Virus record (IMG/VR): IMGVR_UViG_2913177423_000001
Coordinates: 19,415-83,414 of that record
Direction: 5' to 3' (one strand)
Source: a virus
Lineage: Duplodnaviria; Heunggongvirae; Uroviricota; Caudoviricetes
Length of the DNA: 64,000 bases
Shown here: in pieces, positions 16,238-25,275 of the stretch
Layout: each line of letters opens with the position of its first letter
Position numbering within the stretch: position 1 is the first letter of the stretch
Notes under the pieces: model-generated
The model's input: the letters and a program-made list of their open reading frames with translations, nothing else
The model's database searches: none
Told to the model about the DNA's origin: nothing
Program-made: the position numbers and the translations under genes

Positions 16238-17321
16238 GAGCAATATTTATAAAGATCCGCGCTGGCTGTCGCTGGTGGAGAAATATAAAGACAATTGGGT
16301 ACTGGCAGCAAAAGAATTGTTTGATATTGATTTAAGCCACCAGCAACAACAAATTGTTGAAGCTATACAGCCCAATAATGCAAAAGCTACTGTCACCACT
16401 CCGCATGGGATCGGACGACCGCAAGTGCTTGCTGTTATTAGTACCCTTTATACGATTATGTATCCTGATTCCCGGACAGTAATTGTTTATCCAAAATCAA
16501 ATGCTTGCAAAAGAGGAATTGTTGCATATGTGTGGCAATGTTGGGAGGCATTGCTGAAAAAACAACCTTTTATCATTGAGTATTTTAAGGTCGGTGATAG
16601 CGGTCTGATGTTCAATGAATTTTGGGGAATGTGCTTTTGTAACTACCGCCTTAACTATGAAGATAGCATTGCAGGTCACTACGCCGACCATCTTTTATTC
16701 ATTATTGTGGATTCCGCACATATCAGCGATCGGGCATACAGTATTGTGTGGGCAAGCATGACTAGTGGTGATTCACGCATATTGCTCACTTCAATTCCGT
16801 CACCAGAGGAAATAGGCTTTTTTTATGATTCACATCATGGACGTGCTTTAGCTGAAGATAATCCGAGTGGTGTCTATAAAGCCATTAAGCTGAGTGCTGA
16901 GGATTCACCATTTATTACCCAAGAATATCTTGATCATTTTGCCGAAAGGTATGGCGGGCGAAATAGTGATGACTATCGTCGTATGATTCTTGGTGAGTTC
17001 CCTGGTATTAGGGAGGCTGTTCTTGAATCAGATATGCCGAAGACAATGCGCTTTTCGATGCCTGATGGTAGTGAATGGACAATGCCATTACGAGTGATAG
17101 CCCGGCATCATGCGCAGCACCACGCCAAAAAACATAGCGTCACGACATTAGAATGGTTGAAATCGCACACTATTCCACTCTTCACTGCAGATCACAATGC
17201 TATCGTTGAGTGGGCCAAAACAATTCCGTGGGAGCATGTCGCTGAATACGCTCACATGCTAAAACCGCCGAAAGACAGACACGAAATTAGCTGGCTGACA
17301 GCCGAAAAAATCATTGAATGA
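16227..17321 (+). CDS. paralogue of the PacB ATPase domain with degenerate Walker motifs and an unrelated C-terminus
   Basis: Colinear with PacB residues ~10-290 (DPRW, QQQxI, FYDSHH, DNPxG, SPFxT, YGGRxS, LGxFP). Walker A is TPHGIGRPQ (PacB: SGHGTGKSS) and Walker B is LLFIIVDSAH (PacB: LLLILDEASG). The last ~90 aa are His-rich and unrelated to the nuclease half. Confidence 0.75.
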   Translation: MVTKSNIYKDPRWLSLVEKYKDNWVLAAKELFDIDLSHQQQQIVEAIQPNNAKATVTTPHGIGRPQVLAVISTLYTIMYPDSRTVIVYPKSNACKRGIVAYVWQCWEALLKKQPFIIEYFKVGDSGLMFNEFWGMCFCNYRLNYEDSIAGHYADHLLFIIVDSAHISDRAYSIVWASMTSGDSRILLTSIPSPEEIGFFYDSHHGRALAEDNPSGVYKAIKLSAEDSPFITQEYLDHFAERYGGRNSDDYRRMILGEFPGIREAVLESDMPKTMRFSMPDGSEWTMPLRVIARHHAQHHAKKHSVTTLEWLKSHTIPLFTADHNAIVEWAKTIPWEHVAEYAHMLKPPKDRHEISWLTAEKIIE

Positions 17322-17330
17322 TATCAACAA

Positions 17331-17360
17331 AAAGCCCGCCTGGTCTGGCGGGCTTCTTTT
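17331..17360 (+). terminator. intrinsic terminator
   Basis: AAAGCCCGCC-tggtct-GGCGGGCTTCTTTT. Confidence 0.8.
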
Positions 17361-17749
17361 CATAACACAGGGCAATCGTCAAATTCCCCACTCCGGGCAT
17401 CATTGATGATGTGGGTGATCACGCCAAACACAGCATTGCTGCCTGTATATCCATCGTCATCCTTCGGCAACGCTTCCTTCTTGCCGGATCTTAAATCCTC
17501 CAGGTGCTGATGCGGATGCTTCCGGTATCTCTTTACGCGATATTCCCCCTCTATAGCACATACAAGCAGCGAACCATCAACTGGAGTGAGTGAGGAATCG
17601 ACCACAAGCAACGCTCCTTGCAATATGCCTTCGCGGTAATGGCTGTCAGCCGCCCGCATGAAGTAGGTGGCTGATGGATGCCTGATTAGGTGCTGATCAA
17701 GAGATATGCGGCGTTCAGCGTAATCCGCCGCAGGAGAAGGGAAGCCCAT
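17360..17749 (-). CDS. humD: UmuD'-like SOS mutagenesis protein (P1 HumD-like)
   Basis: Starts MGFPSPAADYAE, which corresponds to the processed UmuD' N-terminus; S24 peptidase core. Confidence 0.85.
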   Translation of the reverse strand: MGFPSPAADYAERRISLDQHLIRHPSATYFMRAADSHYREGILQGALLVVDSSLTPVDGSLLVCAIEGEYRVKRYRKHPHQHLEDLRSGKKEALPKDDDGYTGSNAVFGVITHIINDARSGEFDDCPVL

Positions 17750-17767
17750 AGCGTTTTCACCTCTAAA

Positions 17768-17787
17768 TACTGTTTATATATACAGTA
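17768..17787. promoter_or_regulatory. LexA SOS box
   Basis: TACTGTTTATATATACAGTA, a perfect CTG-N10-CAG palindrome 19 nt upstream of humD. Confidence 0.85.
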
Positions 17788-17847
17788 TACATTAAAGAGG
17801 CTTGAAGTGTGCAATAGAGCGATGCTTTGCGCTCGCCTGGTGGCGCG

Positions 17848-18099
17848 TTATTTTTTGGCTATATCATCTTTCTGATATACCGGATCGTTCCCTTTTGGCA
17901 GCTGGAGGCTTAACTGCCGGTAGTGCCGTAGCCGTTCCATGAAATAGGTGCGCAGGTTCTCCGGCTGCTCACGGGCTACCTGTTCCGCTATGACGGGTAT
18001 GTTCAATCGCTCTTTGTAGGCTACGCCGCTGGCAGCAAGATCTACGTTTACCTTGTCTCGCTCTTCCTGATTTTTAGCCGCAATATTCCAGTCTGACAT
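17848..18099 (-). CDS. hypothetical protein, 83 aa (last gene of the leftward accessory operon)
   Basis: ATG ORF with ordinary composition. Confidence 0.55.
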   Translation of the reverse strand: MSDWNIAAKNQEERDKVNVDLAASGVAYKERLNIPVIAEQVAREQPENLRTYFMERLRHYRQLSLQLPKGNDPVYQKDDIAKK

Positions 18100-18120
18100 A
18101 AAATAGCCCTAATTTATTGA

Positions 18121-18534
18121 TTAGTGTTCATCCCAGGGAGACATATCCGGAAGGGTATCAACAATACGGAATTTACCGGGATAACGGTATCTACAGCCCG
18201 CCTGAGTCCATACAGTAACGACAAATCCCCCGCCCTGTTCATCTTCAGGTAGCAGGCGATCTGCTTGCTCGGAAACCATGTGGACCACAAAAGGAGCATC
18301 ACTACCGTCTTCGAATAGCACCTCAAGGGCGTCCCGGCCTTCCAGGCTACCTCTGCTGATGATGACATATTCTGCACCGCGCATTTCTTTCAACAAATGC
18401 TTTGCGGAGTCAGGCACAAGCAACCTGGCTGCGCCAGCGTTCCACGAGAGATACACATATCCAGCTCGTGCATTTTCTGACTTCCAGTAGTCAGTTTCCT
18501 TTAACGCCTGACCTTCGTTCTTAATGAAAAACAT
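18121..18534 (-). CDS. hypothetical protein, 137 aa
   Basis: ATG at 18534 is preceded by GGGAG with 5-nt spacing; the track start at 18567 lacks an SD. Confidence 0.6.
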   Translation of the reverse strand: MFFIKNEGQALKETDYWKSENARAGYVYLSWNAGAARLLVPDSAKHLLKEMRGAEYVIISRGSLEGRDALEVLFEDGSDAPFVVHMVSEQADRLLPEDEQGGGFVVTVWTQAGCRYRYPGKFRIVDTLPDMSPWDEH

Positions 18535-18616
18535 AAAAACTCCCTTTTCAAATTTTCGAGTAAACAACTTAGCGCGGAATCAGTATTCGCCCCAAGATGT
18601 AAAAAGTCCACCAGCG

Positions 18617-18889
18617 TTATGGTTCGCATTTCCATATGGTGTTCTGAACGCCAGTACCGGGCGCGAGATGGGGGTTAGCGTTCGCGCTATGCTGATATAC
18701 GGCTTTAGACTTTCCATATTGCTGACAGGCTTTATCTGCGGTTTTTTGCAGGCTATCCAGCCCATACCAGCCATCTGACTGAATGCTTACCTTTTCACCG
18801 TCGTTGTATTGCACCATCGCACACCCGGACATAGCCAACATCGCACCGACAATAACGCTTTTCCATAAAACTCTATGCAACATATACAA
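18617..18889 (-). CDS. putative lipoprotein
   Basis: Signal peptide ending in the lipobox LAMSGC. Confidence 0.6.
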   Translation of the reverse strand: MYMLHRVLWKSVIVGAMLAMSGCAMVQYNDGEKVSIQSDGWYGLDSLQKTADKACQQYGKSKAVYQHSANANPHLAPGTGVQNTIWKCEP

Positions 18890-18952
18890 AAATCCCCTCT
18901 GTGAATTAAGGGGATTTTAACATGGTGATCGGATATCAGCTTTATCCGGAAT

Positions 18953-19687
18953 TTAATCAGCCTCCAGTGGCAATAACGCCTTAGCCATTTCATGAATCAG
19001 CATGGCATCAATGACGCCTAGCGTATGGCCCGGCTTAATCTTTAATGCGGCCTCAAGATAGCCTCTTTCCAGAGTGGTTTTTACGCTTTTCCTGGGCGCT
19101 TGTTGGGGACTATCCGGAAGATCCGGATGGTTGCCAGCCTCATAAGCTACCCGCAACCAGTGCATGAATGTTTCCGCAGACACACAACCACAGTCCACAT
19201 CGATTTTCCCGCGTTGCTGTTCCAGCCATTGCTCAAAATCTAACTTGCAAGCCTTACTTTCAAGTTCATCACCATTGAACTCGACTTTCTGCGACGCTAT
19301 GAGAGCGGCTTCGTACTGTTCGCGAGAGACAACTGACTGGTATTCATCGCTATCAAGGTCACGAATTGGAAGCTCAATCTCACGACAAAAATTCCGCCCA
19401 TAGAACTGGTCTTTTTTGTGGTCTGAGCCAAAAGCAAAAGTCGCGCATGGCGCCATTAAATTGACACTGAGTATGTGACAATAACTCATGCCATCAGGCC
19501 ATCCGCCGCACTTAGGCAACTCCTTCACTAATAAGTCGATCAGCTTCATTGTTTTACCATCTTTGCAAGTCGCCAAAGCCATTTGAGCAAGCGCCAATAC
19601 TTCATCTGCCGTATATCCAGCACCGTGACCATACATTTCTATTCGGGAAATAATCTCTGATATACGCTCTTTATTGATTCTGATCAT
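18953..19687 (-). CDS. hypothetical protein, 244 aa
   Basis: ATGA overlap with the upstream gene at 19684-19687. Confidence 0.65.
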   Translation of the reverse strand: MIRINKERISEIISRIEMYGHGAGYTADEVLALAQMALATCKDGKTMKLIDLLVKELPKCGGWPDGMSYCHILSVNLMAPCATFAFGSDHKKDQFYGRNFCREIELPIRDLDSDEYQSVVSREQYEAALIASQKVEFNGDELESKACKLDFEQWLEQQRGKIDVDCGCVSAETFMHWLRVAYEAGNHPDLPDSPQQAPRKSVKTTLERGYLEAALKIKPGHTLGVIDAMLIHEMAKALLPLEAD

Positions 19688-19908
19688 AGTTCTATTTCCT
19701 TGCATGGTTCGCCTTTACGGCACACAGTAGCGCGATCATTTCTCACATTAACCACTGTCACCGTCCCATCATCACATTGAGTAACAATGAAAGGGTATTC
19801 GCTCTCTTTTATGCAATGTTGCTGTTCTCCAGCCGTTACAACAAAGGGGATTAATAAAGTCAAAAGCACTGCTAATTTACTAAATGTAGCCATAGCGATC
19901 GTTACCAT
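19684..19908 (-). CDS. small secreted Cys-containing protein
   Basis: N-terminal signal-like segment FSKLAVLLTLLIPFVVTAG. Confidence 0.5.
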   Translation of the reverse strand: MVTIAMATFSKLAVLLTLLIPFVVTAGEQQHCIKESEYPFIVTQCDDGTVTVVNVRNDRATVCRKGEPCKEIEL

Positions 19909-20108
19909 AACTTTCCTCCTGACTCAAAGTCAGCTATAAGCCAGGCTGCAAAAAGCGGAAACCCGCTCCAAAAACCACACGCCTCCGTACCCCATGTCAC
20001 ACCACCAGCCAACAAAACAAATAAACCGCAAAAGCATACAAACAAAAAAGTAATCCAAATTTCTTTCTGTTTTTCATTATGGTTGACTCCAGTTATCTTC
20101 AATAACAA
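19902..20108 (-). CDS. small membrane protein (two TM segments)
   Basis: Hydrophobic stretches ITFLFVCFCGLFVLLAGGV and GFPLFAAWLIA. Confidence 0.5.
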   Translation of the reverse strand: MLLKITGVNHNEKQKEIWITFLFVCFCGLFVLLAGGVTWGTEACGFWSGFPLFAAWLIADFESGGKLW

Positions 20109-20370
20109 TACTTAACCTCTGAAGCCATTCAGCTAATTTCAACATGGCTTCTCTTTCGCTTAAACCACGCGGAAAATCATCAAGCGAAATTGCTGGCTTG
20201 ATGATCCCCGAATTATCCATTTCAACGGTCAGATTTTGCTCCAGCACGGTATTCCTTACGCGGCTATTGTGCCGAAGCAAATATACTGAACGTGATTTAT
20301 TGGTTTTGTGGTCGAACGTATATTCGGTAAGTATCATCTGGCTTCCGCCATGATTATTACCGCGCCACAT
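20077..20370 (-). CDS. hypothetical protein (start uncertain; ATG at 20337 is possible)
   Basis: ORF in the operon; no motif recognised. Confidence 0.5.
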   Translation of the reverse strand: MWRGNNHGGSQMILTEYTFDHKTNKSRSVYLLRHNSRVRNTVLEQNLTVEMDNSGIIKPAISLDDFPRGLSEREAMLKLAEWLQRLSIVIEDNWSQP

Positions 20371-20382
20371 AATTACTCCGTG

Positions 20383-20799
20383 TTAATAAGAGAAATAGAC
20401 CGTTGCAACACTGTTATATTGGTCGAACGAAATAGCATTTACTTCATAGCTGGTGGGCAGCTTCTTACCAAGAATGTAGCCTGGCCATGAGTTCCACGGA
20501 ATTTCTGCACGGTCGTCGTCTTGCCACATTACGCAACCAAGAGAGCCAACCATTTCACCATATCGCTTGCCACAAGTAACAAAGCCGATATTCGGCTTTT
20601 CTTGTGTTACTGATACCGTGGTGGTATTGGCAGATGCATTGATTGCAGTACGCCGCGCTTGCTCGCTAGCGATAGAAGCATTTACTGCCGCCGTGGTCGC
20701 TGCTGTTGCCGCCGCTCCAGCGGCAATAACTGACGCGTGGGATAAATGACTGGCTGATAACATAGCCAGAAAAATAATAGCTCTTTGAAATTTAGCCAT
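20383..20799 (-). CDS. secreted protein with Ala/Thr-rich linker
   Basis: Signal peptide MAKFQRAIIFLAMLSASHLSHA. Confidence 0.55.
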   Translation of the reverse strand: MAKFQRAIIFLAMLSASHLSHASVIAAGAAATAATTAAVNASIASEQARRTAINASANTTTVSVTQEKPNIGFVTCGKRYGEMVGSLGCVMWQDDDRAEIPWNSWPGYILGKKLPTSYEVNAISFDQYNSVATVYFSY

Positions 20800-21073
20800 T
20801 GATATTCACCTTTATTGCGTACACCTTTACCGGATTCTCTCCAAAGTGCGGATGTGTAATTGTCTTTATTTCATACCCTTCATACGGGACGTCTATTCTG
20901 CGACTGGAGTCGTCGCGCTTCGGATATCCCCTTGTGATAATCAGGCGGTCATACTCCCGGAACATAATTCGCTTATTCCAGTAGTCATTACACAGGCGAT
21001 ACTCTTCCGTTTTCTCTCCGCGAATGATGGCATCGAAGTATTCACCTTTAACGGCAAGTTGCAGGTTAGCCAC
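20792..21073 (-). CDS. ASCH-domain-like protein
   Basis: GTG at 21073 is preceded by GGAG and overlaps the upstream stop. The pattern KGEYFDAIIRGEKTEEYR...ITRGYP resembles ASCH. Confidence 0.5.
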   Translation of the reverse strand: MANLQLAVKGEYFDAIIRGEKTEEYRLCNDYWNKRIMFREYDRLIITRGYPKRDDSSRRIDVPYEGYEIKTITHPHFGENPVKVYAIKVNING

Positions 21074-21575
21074 GGTTAACTCCTTGCTGTGTGGCGTCGA
21101 GTAATAAATCCCACAACCGCTGAGAGCAATTTCCGCATGTACAGCGTTGACCCACAACGTTTATCGCGTTGCTGATTTCCGGCGTTACCTGTTTAGGAAC
21201 CATAACCCAACCATCCGGAGTTACCGGAGAGTTGCGCATTGCGACCTTTAATGCCTCATAGAAGCAACTTTTCAGATTGTTGAACTGACGCCCATTTAGA
21301 GGGCCGTGTTCAGTCAGCATGTTGTGTAATTTCCATGCCGCGTCGTTTACTTCGTTGGATGACAGGGGAGGCAGCTTGTAAGCCTGGCTTACAGGCTCGT
21401 CACCATTAAGCATGGCAGCGCGGAGTTTCTGTATCTCCCGTGCCATTATTGCGTCCTGACGAGGAGTGAACATATCACCTGCAATAATTCTGTTTAGTTC
21501 CTCGTCAGTGAACTCATAATCATCAGGAACATTGTTAACCTCAGCATAAAGAGGCTTTTTGGTAGAAATGGTCAT
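21066..21575 (-). CDS. hypothetical protein, 169 aa
   Basis: ATGA overlap with the upstream gene. Confidence 0.65.
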   Translation of the reverse strand: MTISTKKPLYAEVNNVPDDYEFTDEELNRIIAGDMFTPRQDAIMAREIQKLRAAMLNGDEPVSQAYKLPPLSSNEVNDAAWKLHNMLTEHGPLNGRQFNNLKSCFYEALKVAMRNSPVTPDGWVMVPKQVTPEISNAINVVGQRCTCGNCSQRLWDLLLDATQQGVNRG

Positions 21576-22198
21576 CGTAAAACACCCTCCACACTTACCA
21601 GTCCGTTCCGCAAAAGATAATCCATCGCCCTATCTGGTAATTTGCAATCAGGTTTTGCTTTTTTCAGTTGGCTGACCAATTGTTTAACCAGCATTGTTAA
21701 TTCGATAACCTGGTAGCGCGGCAATGGTGAATTATCGGATTTGTCCTGACTGTCTGCGCTGCATGAATGCCCTTCCAGCCAAGCCAATGCTTGTCGCATG
21801 AAATACGCAATATGTTTGCCGTGGTAATCGTCTTCATCGATGTGAAAAGCGATACTGCGGATGTATTCAATTGCGTTTTCAATGGCCTCCGGCGTTATCG
21901 GCGCTGACATATTTTGATTTTGGAATGCCAAGACGCGGCTGGCATCCTCAACACCTTTAACTGCATCTGCGCAGTAGTTATAGCGATTGCATTCCACTAA
22001 CTTCTGCTTGAGATTTTCAATTGCTTGCGCGATTTTATCCGGCACTGGCGGTTCTGCCCGGCCTTTCCAGCCTTCCCACATGGCAGCCATCATCACGAAC
22101 CAGGTGTTTCCACAGCCATCTTTTTTGTTATCAAAGAACCAGTCAGCGAACTCTAGGCTCATGCCATTTTGTTCTGCTATTTCATATCGATTATCCAT
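21572..22198 (-). CDS. hypothetical protein, 208 aa; C-terminal module shared with the DUF4406 protein
   Basis: C-terminal KLPDRAMDYLLRNGLVSVEG parallels PLPNDAMNYLKSCGVVSEDA in the gene at 25272..25895. Confidence 0.65.
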   Translation of the reverse strand: MDNRYEIAEQNGMSLEFADWFFDNKKDGCGNTWFVMMAAMWEGWKGRAEPPVPDKIAQAIENLKQKLVECNRYNYCADAVKGVEDASRVLAFQNQNMSAPITPEAIENAIEYIRSIAFHIDEDDYHGKHIAYFMRQALAWLEGHSCSADSQDKSDNSPLPRYQVIELTMLVKQLVSQLKKAKPDCKLPDRAMDYLLRNGLVSVEGVLR

Positions 22199-22213
22199 TG
22201 TTCATCTCCTTGT

Positions 22214-22495
22214 TTAGCATGGCGGCGCGGCGTATAGCTTACGGGTCTGAACGCCTTCCCCAAGGCGTTTCTCTCCCTCGGCAAACCATTCGAAAGCACA
22301 TTCCCCGCAATCTTCCCATTCCCCCCATTCATCATTTTCTGCATCCCACTGGCGATACTGATATGCCACAGGCTCTGCTCCCAGCGATGCCAGCGCAATT
22401 TCATAAGCACGGCGCTCAATATTGTCTCTAACGTCCAGGCTACCGATTCGCTCTTTGATTTCTTTAATCAGTTCTTTGTCTGTAAAAGTGTTCAT
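22214..22495 (-). CDS. hypothetical protein, 93 aa
   Basis: ATG ORF in the operon. Confidence 0.6.
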   Translation of the reverse strand: MNTFTDKELIKEIKERIGSLDVRDNIERRAYEIALASLGAEPVAYQYRQWDAENDEWGEWEDCGECAFEWFAEGEKRLGEGVQTRKLYAAPPC

Positions 22496-22498
22496 AGG

Positions 22499-22687
22499 TT
22501 ATCCTCTAAGTGCCACAACGCGCACTTCCGGGTCAAAGGATGATGAATTTTCATCTGTAATATCAGCGACATGGACTACGAAATCGTTATAGTCACCCTC
22601 TGATTGGTCATAGCCCTGCCAGACCACGACAGCCTCAGGAGGCATTTTTCTGAGCTTGCTGATTAACTGCCTCACTGTCAGTGACAT
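22499..22687 (-). CDS. hypothetical protein, 62 aa
   Basis: ATG at 22687 is preceded by AAGGAG and overlaps the upstream stop; the longer track ORF overlaps its neighbour. Confidence 0.55.
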   Translation of the reverse strand: MSLTVRQLISKLRKMPPEAVVVWQGYDQSEGDYNDFVVHVADITDENSSSFDPEVRVVALRG

Positions 22688-22688
22688 A

Positions 22689-23243
22689 TCACTCTCCTTT
22701 GATGCGAATGCCAGCGGCGCGGATAGATTTCCATTGTTCCCACATTCGGTTGAAGTCTGTGCCTGATAAGGTTGCGTTACGGTATCCAGTTTCGGTACGC
22801 AATCCTTCAAGCGTCGATTTGGAGATACAAATTGAATGCATTACCCATGATTCAAACAAATCACGCTCCCGAGCTTCGCAACTTTGCTTACTCATATATT
22901 CGATACGATCAGCCATCGCAGCGCACTCTTCAAAGTTGCTAAATGCCTTTCGCTCCCATTCAGCGCATTGTTTTCTAAGCTCTGCAATCAGCTTGTCTTT
23001 GCCTTCCAGCTCAACGCGCAGCTTCCCTACCGTTAGCGCAATATCCTCATTCTCCTGATCGCGGTGTTTGATGTATTGCTGGTTTCTTTCCCGTTCATCC
23101 AGAAGCGCTAGCACAATGTGTGGCGTTATCAAGGACTCAAATTCGGTAACAGCTTGCTCACCTCGCTTGTAATTCTTAATCCCACCTAAATTTTTCGCGT
23201 TCTGTGCCGCCTCACGCAGTGCCTGGTAATTAATTTCGCTCAC
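22689..23243 (-). CDS. Ead/Ea22-like coiled-coil protein (paralogue A)
   Basis: The segment ALTVGKLRVELEGKDKLIAELRK is shared with the gene at 24267..24968. Confidence 0.65.
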   Translation of the reverse strand: MSEINYQALREAAQNAKNLGGIKNYKRGEQAVTEFESLITPHIVLALLDERERNQQYIKHRDQENEDIALTVGKLRVELEGKDKLIAELRKQCAEWERKAFSNFEECAAMADRIEYMSKQSCEARERDLFESWVMHSICISKSTLEGLRTETGYRNATLSGTDFNRMWEQWKSIRAAGIRIKGE

Positions 23244-23947
23244 TGGCTGCCTCCTTTGCGAAGCTCTGCGGCAAAGTCAGTGGCATGTTCACCGAGTAGT
23301 TTCCAGTTATCGCGTATATCAGATGCAAGCGACTGTTCGGATTTTGAGTTACATTTCTGTGCAAACATCTCCACCCCCTGCGCCCGCACTTCAGCCAGGA
23401 AAGCGCCAGTAGCAGGAGTGTCAATGCAAACACTGTCACGAAGGATGAAGAACGCATTAAGCATTCCTCTTTCTGGTACATCGTCCTGGCATTCCTCATA
23501 TGCAGCCAATGCATCCATCATTTTCTGACCGAATTGCGGAGGTTGTGCAGATTTCAGTGCTATATTCTCCGCCGCCAGCGTCGCGCGATTGCTCTCCAGT
23601 TCTGCAATGCGCTGTTTTGCGGCATCAAGTTCAATCGACAATTTTTCCAACTGCTCTTTATGCTTTTTGTATGCCTGATATGCGTGCCAGGACTGTCCTT
23701 TGCGCACACTTTCAGTAATATCAGAAATCTGTTCTGGTGTTAGCGTGGTCAGTGGCTGCGCCGGGAAAATCAGCACTTTCCCGGCATCCCAATCAAAACC
23801 CGCCTGAATTGACTGAACCTCAACTGATGGTGTTGAACCAATGCTACCTGGTGAATGGATAACAATCGCCATGTCCATATCACGATGCTGGCAGTGTTTG
23901 TTGGACAAGATACGATTCACCAACTCAGAAAATTTGGAAAATTTCAT
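23240..23947 (-). CDS. Ead/Ea22-like coiled-coil protein (paralogue B)
   Basis: ATGA overlap at 23944-23947. [23 protein letters not shown] parallels [23 protein letters not shown] in paralogue C. Confidence 0.65.
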   Translation of the reverse strand: MKFSKFSELVNRILSNKHCQHRDMDMAIVIHSPGSIGSTPSVEVQSIQAGFDWDAGKVLIFPAQPLTTLTPEQISDITESVRKGQSWHAYQAYKKHKEQLEKLSIELDAAKQRIAELESNRATLAAENIALKSAQPPQFGQKMMDALAAYEECQDDVPERGMLNAFFILRDSVCIDTPATGAFLAEVRAQGVEMFAQKCNSKSEQSLASDIRDNWKLLGEHATDFAAELRKGGSQ

Positions 23948-24270
23948 GCTGATTCCCTTTGCTCTTCTTGGATAATGTTGTTGCAATCTTTCACGCACTC
24001 GTCACAGATGAAAACGTTGTCCCCGGCAATTAACTTTTTGACGGTGTGCTGGGATTTATTGCAGAAGCTGCAATAAAGCGTTGGACTGGCTGATACGGAT
24101 GGTGCTCCGGATGTCAGCCGCGCGATGTCGTCCTTGCGGCGCAACATCACACGGCAGCACTCAGCAAGTTTCTCCGGGGAGATTCCTTCCTCCGTGGCGA
24201 GTGCCTCCAGTCGTTCAAGCACGTGGAAGGCTTTTTCCTGGGTAAATGCAGAATGTGATATGGCCATCAT
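23944..24270 (-). CDS. small protein carrying a ClpX-type C4 zinc-binding domain
   Basis: C-terminal [39 protein letters not shown] is nearly superimposable on the E. coli ClpX N-domain ([39 protein letters not shown], from memory). Confidence 0.8.
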   Translation of the reverse strand: MMAISHSAFTQEKAFHVLERLEALATEEGISPEKLAECCRVMLRRKDDIARLTSGAPSVSASPTLYCSFCNKSQHTVKKLIAGDNVFICDECVKDCNNIIQEEQRESA

Positions 24271-24968
24271 CTCTCCCCTTCAAAGTTCGGGCGCAGGCAG
24301 GATTGTCCTTTACGAAGCAGGGCTGCGAACCTGTCAGCCGCATCCGCGCAAGCAGAAGCAACGGAATCAAAAAATGGATCATCTCCGGTATCGCGCATCG
24401 TCAAAGCGAATGCCTCCAATCCCTGAGCCTGTATTTCTACAAGATAAGCCTCAGATATAGTGCTTTTCGCTTCACCTAACTCGTTATGAGCTATGTTCGC
24501 TACACATGCGATGTCTATATCTGGATGATTAATTGGGAGATGGCTAAGAATTGCCTCAAGTGCTGCTTTTTTGTTTTGGCATTCCGCCACCAGCGCCCCG
24601 CTATTGCTTTCCAGCTCTGCAATACACTTTTTAGCGGCCTCCAGCTCAACACGCAGCTTCTCAAGCGTTAGGGCCATCTCCACTTTCTCGTCCAGCAGTT
24701 CAATCACATCAGGATCGCTACCATCAACTACTGATATGCGCGAATTTTTGTAATGCTCGTCAGCATAAGTTCGTCCAGTTTTGAAGCGTCCGTCAGCCTC
24801 CATGCCGGAACAGGCATAAACAACATGTGATCCAGATATGCGTTCCATTGACATTTCCTCGCCACAAACAGAGCATTTAGGCGCTGGTTTCGGTGAATAA
24901 CGTTCACGTAACGGATAGTAAAGCTCGATCTCCGCCAGTTGCTCTGGCGTTAAACCTTCAGACTTCAT
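24267..24968 (-). CDS. Ead/Ea22-like protein with N-terminal zinc ribbon (paralogue C)
   Basis: CSVCGEE...YACSG Cys cluster plus the shared coiled-coil segment. Confidence 0.65.
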   Translation of the reverse strand: MKSEGLTPEQLAEIELYYPLRERYSPKPAPKCSVCGEEMSMERISGSHVVYACSGMEADGRFKTGRTYADEHYKNSRISVVDGSDPDVIELLDEKVEMALTLEKLRVELEAAKKCIAELESNSGALVAECQNKKAALEAILSHLPINHPDIDIACVANIAHNELGEAKSTISEAYLVEIQAQGLEAFALTMRDTGDDPFFDSVASACADAADRFAALLRKGQSCLRPNFEGER

Positions 24969-25275
24969 GCACTCTCCTTTCGAAATAAACGTACTGATTA
25001 ATCATGCCCAGGGGCATTTCGAGTTTTTCCGCGATCTCACGGCGGGGAACGCCACACTGATGAAGCTGCCGCGCCAGCTCTATATCGCTCTGCCGATATT
25101 TGGCTGACTGGTGAAAGTCACCTTTCAGAATCATTCTGATCCCCAGTTCCCGCGCTTTAGTCCTGACAGCATCTCCGGTACGCCCGATCAGCCTCCCGAT
25201 ACTCTCGACTGTCATAGTTCCGGCGCACTGGCGGAGTATCATGATTTCTGCCCTTCTCCATCCCCGCCATCTCAC
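24958..25275 (-). CDS. small DNA-binding-like protein (two HTH-like segments)
   Basis: GTGA overlap with the upstream gene; contains MTVESIGRLIGRTGDAVRTKARELGI and RREIAEKLEMPLGMINQY. Confidence 0.55.
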   Translation of the reverse strand: MRWRGWRRAEIMILRQCAGTMTVESIGRLIGRTGDAVRTKARELGIRMILKGDFHQSAKYRQSDIELARQLHQCGVPRREIAEKLEMPLGMINQYVYFERRVHEV

